This document shows positions 24,343 to 35,300 of a DNA stretch of 64,000 bases, one piece after another (position 1 is the first letter of the stretch; every line of letters starts with the position of its first letter). The stretch is from NCBI GenBank assembly GCA_946965045.2, contig OX337234.1:3596001-3660000 (forward strand). Direction: 5' to 3'. Source of the stretch: Epithemia pelagica. Taxonomy: Eukaryota; Protista; Bacillariophyta. Both the position numbers and the translations under genes were made by a program. Below the pieces are notes generated by a model, which saw only the letters and a program-made list of their open reading frames with translations, did no database searches and was not told the origin of the DNA.

Positions 24343-24843
24343 AGTACCATAGTATTCGGTACGTTTGCTGTTGTTGTTGCATTCTTGTTGATTGCTGTAT
24401 CATTGTTCTTACCCCTTTATTCACTCTTTTTGACAGATTGATGTCGCTATTGCTCTTTGCATGACCATTTGGGTGGTGGTCTCTAGCTTGACGTCTCGAA
24501 AGGTACGTGAGAATTAGATGATGACACTTGTTCCGCGTTCCACTCCACGTTACGTACCAGTTTCTCACACGTTCACGATTTTTGTAATTCTGTCTTGGCA
24601 TGAAATTTCGTGGTGCATCTCTTTGCTACTGAATTTTCCGTGTCGTGTGAAAACTCGTCTGTGTCGTGTTTCAATTATTGCCTACATTTTGATTATTGTT
24701 TTTTGGTCTCTGTGTTTCCGTTGCTGTTGCTGGTGCTTGCTGCTTGATTCGTGTGGTGTTTGTTTGTTGTGCTCTTCTTTTTTCCGTTGGTGCACCTCTT
24801 GTTCGCTTTGTGCTCTTTCCCGTATTCTCTCCCTGTGGATTTC

Positions 24844-24894
24844 CTGGGTGTACTACTTTTCTGGGTGTACTACTTTCCTGGGTGTACTACTTTT
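24844..24894. repeat. 3 x 17-bp tandem repeat ctgggtgtactacttt(t/c)
   Basis: Read directly from the sequence. Confidence 0.95.
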
Positions 24895-24937
24895 TCATTT
24901 TGGGCTATTCTAATTTTATACACTAAAATAAAAATCC

Positions 24938-25392
24938 AAGTACAGTAATTTTTAGGGCTTATGTAGTGTGGGTAGCGTTTTGGGAAAGGTACGACGACGA
25001 GTGGTGAAGGTAGTGAAGTACGCACACTCACACCTTGTACTTGACTACTAGTCCTTAAGTACACTAAAACTAGTAGCTGTTACTTTACTCTTATTACTTT
25101 AAGTACGTCTAATGAAAGCATGTACTTTTCTTGTGATACTTACAAGATTAGTCGTCTGTGCTGATTAATTAGCGTACTTAACTTAAGATAAGTAAGTGCA
25201 ACAATCTAACCAGACTTACTTTACTAAGCAAAAGTATCTGTTGCCGATACTGTGCTGGTACTTTAATATCAACAAGTACCACATCATGAGAGTTTCCCTC
25301 GCCTTACTTACTCCAAGTAAGTACCTTGCTGTCTAACCCAAAGTACTTAATTTATAACATTAAGTACGTACTTTCAAGTAATCAAAGTACCT
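24938..25392. repeat. Cluster of AAGTAC subterminal-type motifs (hAT left side)
   Basis: About 9 AAGTAC copies in AT-rich non-coding DNA; these are the reverse complement of the GTACTT motifs at the right end. Confidence 0.75.
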
Positions 25393-25554
25393 ACTTCACG
25401 CATCAATTTATCTCTTACCTGTTACAGTCTGTTACATACTACTGCTCTCCAAGGTACAAGTGCAGCGTTCAGTGCAGTGCATAGTGCATCCTGTGTTCCT
25501 TGCCCAATTCCAATCCCATTTTCCAATCCAAGTAATGAGACATCCCCATTCACC

Positions 25555-27282
25555 ATGTCGATGGATTCTCTCATAGAGGACAATTCTCTTCTGCAATTCA
25601 CATCAACCTGTCACATCGAGTGGTCTCTGTCATGCTGTGACTCATATTCTCTTTTCATTGCGGACAGTATTACTTCATGCATTCTGGCTCCGCACGAGGA
25701 ACAATTACATGCGGTTGTTACTGCCTCTGCCTCCTGGCTGAACCGTAATCAGCATTCGATAAAACTTCTTACTCTCTCGGAATGTCAAGCAAGTCACCAT
25801 TGTATTATACCCAGATTTTCTTTCGAACAACTCCTTTTTCAAGTTAGCTCCCTTATTCTCCAATGGCTCAATGGAACAGACGAACACAACCTTATTTCCA
25901 TCACATCACATGACGAAACAACCGATCTTTATCTTGAAGTAAAATGCACACCGAAGTTCTCAATCTCCCCATGTATGGGTTGTTCCCAGTGCACCTCCTT
26001 TGTCATTGACGAAATCAAGGAATATCCCGACGACTCTTTGCTGAGTATTGTTCTTGCATGGATACAGCGCAATCAAGCCCAATTCGTTGTCACTGATACC
26101 CTAACAGGTGCCTCCACTGTTCCCAACTCAATTGAAATGGTAATGGAAATTTTACTGAATTATATATCGGAAAAGATAACTCAATTACCGACTCCACCAG
26201 ACCCCCTAAACACACCACCCGTGTCCATCCAAGATGTATCCAAAAAAGCCTCTGACGATTCCACCACATCCTCATTATCTCAATCCACGAACTCTGTGCA
26301 GAATACGAAAACATCTTCTCCTAAAAAGCTCAGTCCATCCCGCCACAAGTACCAAACTCGGAAACAGAATGCTTTACTTTCGAGAGAAATCATTCTTGGG
26401 TCAAAATCTCGCAACAAAGTACAATACAATGATGGGAAAGGACCACGTCGGTTCATGCATGGCGACCCATTCAAAATATCCCCAAGTCGCATTACATGCC
26501 CGAATTTACCACTCCGGCCATCCGCAACAACTATCGCAGATCGAGAAGCTTTCCTTGACAAACTACAAGCCTTCCACAACGTGCTTAAAAGTTCTGGACT
26601 CCATTCTCCTCGTGATGCCTGGGAAGAATGGATGGACATGGTGGCAGGTGATGACAAACTAGCGGACAAGGCCTTCATGTGTCTCATAATCATTCTTATG
26701 AGCTTGAGTACAACAGACAGTCAATTAGCGGCATTCATTCCCAAAATATTCTCTGCCGGTGTTACCTCCGCTGATGGTGTTCTCGAAGTGGTAGATCGCA
26801 TTGGAATTGACCCCTTTTGTGCACTAATTTCTCCAGTTGGCCGTTTCCATCAAAATGCCGAAAGGATTGTCCATTCGGCATCGTACTTTGTCACCAGATA
26901 TAACGGCAGAATCCCCAGCGACATATCCATACGAGAGTTGACCTCCTTGTTTGGAATTGGATACAAGACAGCACAAATTGTTGTATCCACTGCATTTGAC
27001 CGAATAGATGGCATCCCATCTGACGTCCATGTTATGCGTTGGTGCGAGGCACTGAAATGGACACCGCCACTTTCAAACGACGGTCTACTCTGTTCGAAGT
27101 GCATAGAACAATGGCTGCCTCCATCAAAATGGGGAATAATCAATCCCCTGTTTGGTGGAATTGGTCAGCTGATACAAAATCCGGAAAAACGTCCGCAATT
27201 GCTAGCATTATTGGACGAGAACGGCTCTGACATGCTACAATCTACGATTCGCCCGGTTCTGAAAGCTTACGGTAAATACTAA
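25555..27282 (+). CDS. HhH-GPD superfamily DNA glycosylase, endonuclease III (Nth)-like, without FeS cluster, with long N-terminal extension
   Basis: C-terminal domain with LTSLFGIGYKTAQIVV (HhH, catalytic Lys) and GIPSDVHV (catalytic Asp). There is no Cys-x6-Cys-x2-Cys-x5-Cys motif. Confidence 0.88.
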   Translation: MSMDSLIEDNSLLQFTSTCHIEWSLSCCDSYSLFIADSITSCILAPHEEQLHAVVTASASWLNRNQHSIKLLTLSECQASHHCIIPRFSFEQLLFQVSSLILQWLNGTDEHNLISITSHDETTDLYLEVKCTPKFSISPCMGCSQCTSFVIDEIKEYPDDSLLSIVLAWIQRNQAQFVVTDTLTGASTVPNSIEMVMEILLNYISEKITQLPTPPDPLNTPPVSIQDVSKKASDDSTTSSLSQSTNSVQNTKTSSPKKLSPSRHKYQTRKQNALLSREIILGSKSRNKVQYNDGKGPRRFMHGDPFKISPSRITCPNLPLRPSATTIADREAFLDKLQAFHNVLKSSGLHSPRDAWEEWMDMVAGDDKLADKAFMCLIIILMSLSTTDSQLAAFIPKIFSAGVTSADGVLEVVDRIGIDPFCALISPVGRFHQNAERIVHSASYFVTRYNGRIPSDISIRELTSLFGIGYKTAQIVVSTAFDRIDGIPSDVHVMRWCEALKWTPPLSNDGLLCSKCIEQWLPPSKWGIINPLFGGIGQLIQNPEKRPQLLALLDENGSDMLQSTIRPVLKAYGKY

Positions 27283-27328
27283 GTTGGTTGAATGTTCATT
27301 AAAAGACTACTTTAGTTCTTCACTGGTG

Positions 27329-30300
27329 TCAATGGTTTTCCTCGTCGTCTTCATTGGTCTCCTCATCGTCCTCATTGGAGTCGTCGTCTCCCACCTCCTC
27401 TTCTTCTGCCTCCTCATTGGCATCCTGGAACTCCTCTTCTTCCTCTTCATCCTCATTCCCATCATGCTCTGAATTTTCATCTTTATCGTTATCTGACAAG
27501 GCATCAAGCAATCTACGAGAGAAGTTGCTCTCTTTTTCCATATTGTCCGATTGTTCATCGCTCCGACCTGATTGAGTCGATCGTTGTTTGTTCTCTTTCT
27601 TCTTCTTCTGTCTAGGAGACCGCCTCAATTCTTCGCTTCCTGATGACCTTTTTCTCGGTGGTGGTGGATTTGTCTTCTTTGTCGTTGACTTGGAACTGGA
27701 TGTTGTTCTAATTTTGGACTGCTTGGCCTTCTTCTGACTCGAAGTTGTTGGTGTTTGGTTAGCCTTCCTCTTCTTCTTTGACCCAGATTCAGATCCTGCC
27801 GTATCGTCCTTTTTTTGGCTCATCGCTTTTCTCTTTCGTTCCTCGACTGCTTGTTTCCTTGATCTTTCTAGTGATTCAAGACGGTCCATTTCTTCCTGTA
27901 GATGAACTGTGATGGCTTCATCTGTGTCGATGTCTTCTTCGACATCACTTTCCTCATTGTGATCACTGACATCAGACAAGTCCAATGATACTGGCTGTAT
28001 GTTGTCTGCTGGCATCGGTACTGCGTCGTCGTTGTTGTCGTCTCCCAAGTCTGGATAGTACTCGTATACAGGTTCCGGTGTGCTACTTGCGAGAATATCG
28101 GTCGGCGGATTTTTCTTTGCGTTGAAATCTTCCAATTCTTTAGTCGCTTCCTTCAACAACATGTTCCTCAGATATTCTGCCTGCTCTGTGTTCTCGAACA
28201 AGTGTGGAGCCCGCTTCTTGCCAGGACCCGAGTGTGCTTCTGCCCCGACTTCTGTCAACTGCGGACTTGTTGCATCTGGATTGTGTTCGTCCCCTACCGT
28301 AGGTGCTTCATTCGCTGTTGTGTTTGTACCTGTGGCATCTTGCCTTGTTGTTGCTTGGTTGTCTCCCCCCTCTCGCGAGTCGTTTCCGATCGTTACATTC
28401 GTAGTATTGCCATTGTTATCGTCGTCTTCGTCGTCCTCAATGACAATCACATCTTGTTCCTTCTTTTGATTTTCTAAGGCAATCTCCCTTTGAACAATAT
28501 CCAATCGGATTTTTCGTGTCAGCTTCTCCATCGCCCTCATCTCGAAGTTCTTGGCGGTAGTTTTGGTCTGCAACTTGTTTTGTTGAAACCACGAACCAAG
28601 GGAAAACACACGCTCTTGGAAGGCGTTTGTGGCGGGCTTCGTGAGCCATATGACAGCTGTTGGGAAGACATGTTGGTAGTTGTCCTTGTTTTTCTCCCAC
28701 CATCCCATGACGTCGAAATACTTTCCCACAACAAGGAAATCAGTATCTTGGCATGCCGCAATGAACTGGGCTTTTTCCGGCCCTTTCCATTTCTTGGACT
28801 CGGTAGTGTATGCCTCAGTAGGGTATTTAGTGATCGCCTCTTGCCATCGACCATCGATTTCTCTTTTACATGCACGACGGAAATCTCGGAGACTATCTTC
28901 GCATGTTTGTCTCAAGACCTTGGCCACACGGGCTTCTTCCTCAGCAGCAGACGCCTTACCAGTAATGTTCAATAATGCTCTCTCGTTCAGTTCCTGAGAT
29001 TCTCGAAAGTTGCGGAAAGCATTGAACTTTTTGAACGGTACATTTGCAGTTGGAAGAGAGTTGGTCGCTTGAGTCGTATTGCTTTGGGTTGTAGGAGTGC
29101 TGCTCTGTTGTTGTGTTGCCATCAACGAACCAATTCTGGAGTACGACTTGTTCGAGAATTTTTTGATCATGTCCCTGAGAAAAAGTTCCTTCACACGGGC
29201 GCCATCGTTCTGATCATACACTCCCAATGATTGGAAGAACTTAACAAAGATGTTTGTCATCAATGGATGGGCCATAAGAGCCTTTTCGGAGTCATCATTG
29301 ATGGAACCACCATCGTCGCGGACTCTACGCCGTTCTGCCAACAAGGTCTTGAACTCAGCAATGATACGTCGAATAAGAGTCCGTGGACCTGCTTTCAACT
29401 CCCCAAAAGACATGGGATCCCGTTGGCGATCTAATTGGGAAATGGTTATGTCTCCATTCCATCGTTTGTTGACTGGTGTTGTAAGTTTCACTGGAAGACA
29501 ACCAATGGAATTGACTGTATTCTTCATTCGATGAGCATAAGACCGGGCGAGATAAATTTGCATTAGGGCAGCGGAAGAGGATCCTGGTTCGTCGGACTGA
29601 ATGGAGATGGAAACCTCCTGTAGTACGACCAAGATTGCCTCGTATTGGGCCAGTGTTTCCCATTGTTCCTGCTGTGGATAACTCTCTTTGAAGTCAGGGT
29701 CGGTCCCAAAGTGACGTGAGGCGTAGTCGTCAAAGCACCATTTGTTCCTCAACAAATACTGGATGGTAAGCACACATCCAGAAACACGTGTTTCATTAGG
29801 TAGCGGAATCTGGACTACGCTTTGGTTCATACGTTCCATTTCTGTGCGAACAGTATCAAACCGGTGGTTTGCCTTCTTGGACATCAACCACGCTGCAAAT
29901 TTTTTGAATTCTGAGTACAGCTCCTCAAAAGCCTTGTTGTCGTCCACCACTCTCTTATCTCTCGTCCGGACAACCAACCCTGTGGCGTGTTTCAAGACCA
30001 ATTCGGCCTTATGCATGTCGCATTTGCCCACATTGGACGAACCCGTTATATATTTCCCTGCAAGCACAGCCGAAGCCGTGTTGTCGTTGACGGACGAGCA
30101 GAGATCACTTTTGTGAAAGCCCACTGTCTGTAGTAAAGAGTGAGTCAGTCGCGCAACTTGTACAGCAGTGTGACCTTTAGTCTGTGCCAAACCAATTGGG
30201 ATGCGATACACGGCACAATTGCGAGGATCACAGAACATGACAGTGACCCCAAGTACATCGTACTTCTTAGCCTGCCACACATCATGGCATACAGTGGCGA

Positions 30301-31183
30301 AAGGGATTTCCTGTCGGCAAACCTTTTTGTAGTGTTGCCGGACACGATAGGAAAGCTTGGACACTGTTCTGATGAAATCTTGATACGAAGCAACACGCAT
30401 GGATGTTACTTTGCGACGACTGATCACCTCAGGCCTGGATTCACGAAGAAGATTCGCATTTTTGATAGCAAAGTCGATCATCTTGCGGAACTCTGGCTTC
30501 TCCACAATAGAAGCGGGTAGGCAACAGTCGTTGACACACTGGTATGTGTGTTGCTGCATTTGTTGTCGAATGTTTCTCTTCGTGATCATTCCAGATCCAT
30601 CGCCACGATACATCGTCATTGTCGTTTGCGTCGGACTAGGTTGTTCTGGTTCGTTCGGATCGTCCTTTGTTCCTGGGATGACGAAGTCTTTGTGCTTTCC
30701 GTCAGTATGCTGTTTTATATTGGAGGGCTTGCCGGTCAGCATGACAACTGCATTAGACAATGGAGTCTCGGGGTCCTTCATACACAACGGGCATAGAACA
30801 CATCGCTTGGCAATGAAGGAAAACGGAGTTTTGTAGTCGGCCTTGTTAGGAAACTTCTTTGCTGCTGAGGCTTGTTCTTTTTGGGCAGCCTTGAAAGCTT
30901 CGTTGATGCGTTGGAAACCTTTATACATGGTCAAATTCTGTGGATCGTGAGAACTCACAAAGGCCGAGAACTGTACCCAGTCAATGTGGACAGCAAATTT
31001 CCAAAGGGGCGACACATTGTGATGTCCAAAGTGGTCGGAAGGTAGCTCTTGACATTTGGGAACAATCTCCTTTTCTTGTAGGATGAACGACCGGAGAGAC
31101 TTCTGTTGTGCAGCAATTACTTTCTCCGATTTCTTTCTCTCAGCATCACGGTCAGCTTTCTTTTTCTTTTGACGGATGGGCAT
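27329..31183 (-). CDS. hAT-family transposase, 1284 aa, uninterrupted
   Basis: BED-like CPLC...QHTDGKH, CHDVW (D), VNDNTAS (D), CDMH (CxxH), and a dimerisation domain WWEKN...PATNAFQERVFS (E). Long acidic/basic tail. Confidence 0.93.
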   Translation of the reverse strand: MPIRQKKKKADRDAERKKSEKVIAAQQKSLRSFILQEKEIVPKCQELPSDHFGHHNVSPLWKFAVHIDWVQFSAFVSSHDPQNLTMYKGFQRINEAFKAAQKEQASAAKKFPNKADYKTPFSFIAKRCVLCPLCMKDPETPLSNAVVMLTGKPSNIKQHTDGKHKDFVIPGTKDDPNEPEQPSPTQTTMTMYRGDGSGMITKRNIRQQMQQHTYQCVNDCCLPASIVEKPEFRKMIDFAIKNANLLRESRPEVISRRKVTSMRVASYQDFIRTVSKLSYRVRQHYKKVCRQEIPFATVCHDVWQAKKYDVLGVTVMFCDPRNCAVYRIPIGLAQTKGHTAVQVARLTHSLLQTVGFHKSDLCSSVNDNTASAVLAGKYITGSSNVGKCDMHKAELVLKHATGLVVRTRDKRVVDDNKAFEELYSEFKKFAAWLMSKKANHRFDTVRTEMERMNQSVVQIPLPNETRVSGCVLTIQYLLRNKWCFDDYASRHFGTDPDFKESYPQQEQWETLAQYEAILVVLQEVSISIQSDEPGSSSAALMQIYLARSYAHRMKNTVNSIGCLPVKLTTPVNKRWNGDITISQLDRQRDPMSFGELKAGPRTLIRRIIAEFKTLLAERRRVRDDGGSINDDSEKALMAHPLMTNIFVKFFQSLGVYDQNDGARVKELFLRDMIKKFSNKSYSRIGSLMATQQQSSTPTTQSNTTQATNSLPTANVPFKKFNAFRNFRESQELNERALLNITGKASAAEEEARVAKVLRQTCEDSLRDFRRACKREIDGRWQEAITKYPTEAYTTESKKWKGPEKAQFIAACQDTDFLVVGKYFDVMGWWEKNKDNYQHVFPTAVIWLTKPATNAFQERVFSLGSWFQQNKLQTKTTAKNFEMRAMEKLTRKIRLDIVQREIALENQKKEQDVIVIEDDEDDDNNGNTTNVTIGNDSREGGDNQATTRQDATGTNTTANEAPTVGDEHNPDATSPQLTEVGAEAHSGPGKKRAPHLFENTEQAEYLRNMLLKEATKELEDFNAKKNPPTDILASSTPEPVYEYYPDLGDDNNDDAVPMPADNIQPVSLDLSDVSDHNEESDVEEDIDTDEAITVHLQEEMDRLESLERSRKQAVEERKRKAMSQKKDDTAGSESGSKKKRKANQTPTTSSQKKAKQSKIRTTSSSKSTTKKTNPPPPRKRSSGSEELRRSPRQKKKKENKQRSTQSGRSDEQSDNMEKESNFSRRLLDALSDNDKDENSEHDGNEDEEEEEEFQDANEEAEEEEVGDDDSNEDDEETNEDDEENH

Positions 31184-31195
31184 GATGATATAATG

Positions 31196-31377
31196 ATTGA
31201 AGGAAGCACTGATGGACAAGAGAGACTTGTTGCTGTTGTTGTAGATTATGAGAGGACAACAAGTTACAAGGGACCGAGAGGCAACAATTGAAGGAAGCAC
31301 TGATGGACAAGAGAGACTTGTTGCTGTTGTTGTAGATTATGAGAGGACAACAAGTTACAAGGGACCGAGAGGCAACA
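31196..31377. repeat. Exact 2 x 91-bp tandem duplication just upstream of the hAT transposase start
   Basis: attgaaggaagcactgatggac...ggcaaca occurs at 31196 and 31287. Confidence 0.95.
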
Positions 31378-31482
31378 ACATTCATCCATGTTGGCATGAG
31401 ACATGGATTGAAAGATATAGGTGCAAGCGATTTTGGAGATGAATGAGAGAGTGGAGAGGCTACTTGCTCCATACTGTGATGT

Positions 31483-31810
31483 ACTTATGGACTTAGAAGT
31501 AGATATATACAAATAATAGTACTTACCGATAGAGCTTTAAGTACGAAGAGAGGAGCTAAGGTACTTGATAGGGGTACTTTAGGTGCCGGTGAGGAGTAAT
31601 GGTACTTGATAAGGGTACTTAAAGGATGAGGGTGAGGGAAGTGGTACTTCATTAAGGGTACTTAAGGTGGAAAAAAAAAGAGACGGTACTTGATGAAGAA
31701 GGCCTTGCAAAAAGTAAAGGAATTGGTATTGATCGAAGGGACTTGGACAAAGGCAAAGGCAAAAGTACTGAAAAAGTACCGTTTTGGCGAAAAATGGGTA
31801 CTTGGTACTT
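31483..31810. repeat. GGTACTT subterminal repeats at the hAT right end
   Basis: About 9 GGTACTT copies between the transposase 5' region and the TIR. Confidence 0.85.
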
Positions 31811-32340
31811 CACAACCCTGGTACGTGTACCGGGGAAAGAGCCCTGAGACAAACAATAAACATGCGCCATAGACCTAGGTGTAGGATAAAAAATGTCATG
31901 TCATTTCACTACACGACACTGATACGATATCACATTGATGTCATACTGCGACACGCACTATACCTAGTCCCGGACGACAGATCACGGGAATTTTGCACGG
32001 GGGGAATGATCTCCAACCTTCAAAGAATTATACTCGCCAGGACATAGTACAAGTAATCATAAGTCTAACATAGGCTCTAGGACTCTAGGAGCATTCAATA
32101 CTGAATATAACAGAGGAAGCATTTGAGATCATCAAACATCTGACATCCTACGCCATAGACGCATCTTACAACTGACGGTGGCTTTGAATCATCCCTTCTT
32201 GGATGGGCAGCCGTCAAGAATGAAAAAACTGAGCTTTTCAATAGGGGCTCACGAAATAGAAGGCAGAAATATGATTGGGTTAGAAAACTCACAAGACATA
32301 GACAAGACATCAAAATACTTAACGAAAACTCACACAAGAC

Positions 32341-35300
32341 ATGTCTTCTCTTGCCAGTAGACATCGCGCGCCACGCGCAAAAAGCCACGGAATTTTGCCG
32401 ACTTCCCCACGAAAACAGCCGAAACGACAGGGATTTCGTCTCCAACACGATTCCGTGCCAATGAGGCCGGTCGCGGTTGCCGTGCCCCAGGACATGGACA
32501 ATGGTGTCGATGTTTCTGGAGCGACAATGGACCCAACCACGATGACTGTCCCTGAGGAGAATGACTCTCCTCCACCACCACCAGCACCCTTGGTGGTGAA
32601 CCCATACAAAAAGCTCAGCAAGGAGCAAGAGATGGGTGGGCAGAGTCAACGACGAAACAACCAAACAAAAAGGGCAAAGTCGTTAGCACAACAGAGAAGC
32701 AACAAGAAGAGGAAGCGACAAGAGGCAAAGCAGTTGAGGCAGCTCACGCTTGAGAAGAAAAAGGCCTTTGAGCCAGACAGGGACTGCACCATCTGCAGTT
32801 CCAAAAGGCTTGGGACCAAGCCTCCCAAGCGCCCCCATCACGTCTTCTGCCCGAAGAACACAAAGACCAGGGGCATACCAGACCACTTGGTAGAGGCCAT
32901 GAAGGAGGAGGAACGACTGAAGAAAGAGGTCAACAAGGAAGTAACTTACCATCCAATCATAATGAGGCAAGAAGATTTCAACCTCTTCTTTCGTCTCAAC
33001 AATAAACCTGTCTCGGAAGCTTCAAATGAAGCAACGACCGTGACAGAGGACGATTTGAAACTTTCCAGGGTTCGAAAGGGGAAGCGCAACTGTATTGCGC
33101 GTACGGACTGCCTGATCAATAATCAGGTGATGTCCGCCGTTGGGTCGGATGAGTATGTATTTATGCAATCGGTACTGGCTAAATACAAGGAGATAGAGCA
33201 AGACGAGTCGATCACGTGTCCGAAAACAATGTACGCGCTTGCCAAGACTATTGCCGAAACTTGTTTGGAACGGAAGCGCGACGTGCGGTCACTTAAGCCG
33301 TTCATGCGCGACATGTGTTTGACTGTACCCGACGTGCGAAACAACAATAATGCCCTGTGGGACTCAATTGTAGGGCGACGTTTGTACATTGTTGACTGGG
33401 AGCTGTTTATGCCGGTGGAGTTTCAGAAAATTGGGCTTAAGTGTCCAAAGTGTAACAACTGTACACTACAACGCGAGCGGACCAACCTTTCCAAGAGCAA
33501 AAGTCTATTCCCCATTTTTGGTCTTGATGGCGCACCGTCTTACGCCCTTGTCACGCACTACCATTGCAAGGAGTGCAATACCACGCATGCCGGCAACGAC
33601 GGAGCACTTTTCAATTCGTTGCCTCCACATTTTGCGAAATGGTATCCGGTCGAAGCAAAGTGGGCTCGAGGTGCCCAGCACTTTGACATTACAACAACAA
33701 CAGTGTTGGAGGAGGAGATGCTTACCTATGGCAATGGTGACCACTGTAGTGGACTATTGTATGCTGCAATCAACAGGGATTATAGGAATAGAACAACTAA
33801 CTATTACTCCTTCTGCGATGCAACACATCAGCAAGGGCAAGAGTATCCAGCGAAAGATGGAGAGTGGCTCACCAGGTATCCTCCTCTTGGTGAGACAATC
33901 AGACAGGCCTACCACGAGGCATCAAGATCAAGACTCAATCCCTGGAGAACAAGTGACTATGAGAGGCACACCAGGGAAATCCAAGCAGTGGGCTGCCAAA
34001 CAAGTTTTGCCCAAGACCACACCTTCCAAGCAGTCAAGAACTATCCCAAGAGGCTCAAGACAGAAGCTGTATGGGATGCTGCCAATGAAGTAGGCGAGAT
34101 TGCATGTGCAATCTTGGTTCCAAACTTGGAAACCCAGACCTTCTCCCATGCTGCCCAACAACTCTGCAGCCGTGGAAATTTTAACCCGAGCGTCATCTAT
34201 TCCGACACATTCCCCCACAAGAGCGATTATTGGGTTGGATTGTTGGGTGAAGATGTAGTCCCAAGACTGGGACTCTTTCATTTCCTCCAGCGAATTATAA
34301 AGACCCTGCGCCATAAACACATGGACTTTGGTGACGCGTTGCGCGAATTGTTGGATTGCATCTACGAGTATCACGATGGTGACTTCCATAAAGTCATCAC
34401 GGCCCTGAAGAATGGCACCCTTGGAGGCAAGAAATATAATGACAAGCAAATAGCAGAAATGAGACAGACCAAGGTTTTTCGCGAAAGATACGGCAAGTAC
34501 TTACGGAAAATCATCCGCGCGTTCCAAACAATCGTGATGCGCCTGGAGGAGTGGAAGATAAAATATAAAGTGAGAAGTAGTAGTGACAGTGGGCCACCGG
34601 CACGAGGAAGGCTCAATAACAAGACACAACAACCATTGTTCACACAAGATACACACTCAGCAATCGAAAACTGTAAAAAAAGGCAGAGTTTCTCGCAGAT
34701 CCGATTCCAATCGAAGAAATGTATCGTGAGATCAAGCCACACCCGAAATCAAGCCATCAATTGTCCGAATGGGTCTCTTACCGAGGGGAATCCAAATTGG
34801 AGTCATGGCACAACAACTTGGCCCATTTCAGTAATGGGGGCACAAATGAAAAACTCTCGGACGACTTGAACTTGTGCGGAACAGCGCGGTACAACCGTCA
34901 GATTCGACACAAGCTGCGCTTTGTGTTGAAGACAACGGAACAACGCAACAAGAAAATGCCTGCGGCGTGGGAAACAGTGGTGAGTCATTGGAACCACCAG
35001 CAACTTGCCTTTATCAACAAGTTGGCCGTTCGATGGGGCGCATCCAAGTTGTTTGATGACGTCGAGCACTTACCGCAAGACAATGGTGAACGCTTTTTTT
35101 CTGAGTACTTGCAAGTTTATGAGCAACTCAACGAGGTCTGGAACATCTCGGTCCAACAGCATGACTTCTGTCCCTGTGAGAAATGCGAGGCTCAGCGCAA
35201 TATGCAAGATGAAGAAACAATGCAAACAAGCGAGACACTGGAACAACAAGATACAGAACAATCACGAGAAAATGAAAAAGAGCAACAAGTTGAGGAAAAA

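Larger units (their letters stand above)
19918..24952 (+). mobile_element. Putative Crypton-like tyrosine-recombinase element nested in the hAT (boundaries tentative)
   Basis: Contains the recombinase gene. GTAATTTT direct repeats at 19918-19925 and 24945-24952 separate two segments that carry hAT-type subterminal motifs. Confidence 0.45.
19648..31820 (-). mobile_element. Large hAT DNA transposon (12,173 bp) carrying extra genes
   Basis: Left end CAGGGTTGTAAA; right end reverse complement CAGGGTTGTGAA. Identical 8-bp flanks GTACGTGT at 19640-19647 and 31821-31828. hAT transposase inside, with subterminal GTAC-core repeats. Confidence 0.9.

Noticed and set aside
24953-31846. Alternative hAT ends TAGGGCTT (24953) and GAGCCCTG (31846)
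   Set aside because: Only about 6 bp match and the flanks (GTAATTTT vs AGACAAAC) are not a TSD; the 19648/31820 pair has a longer TIR and a perfect TSD.
34672-34683. Programmed -1 frameshift in the MULE-like gene
   Set aside because: The A run is not in canonical X XXY YYZ phase (zero-frame codons are AAA AAA AGG); an indel is the simpler explanation.
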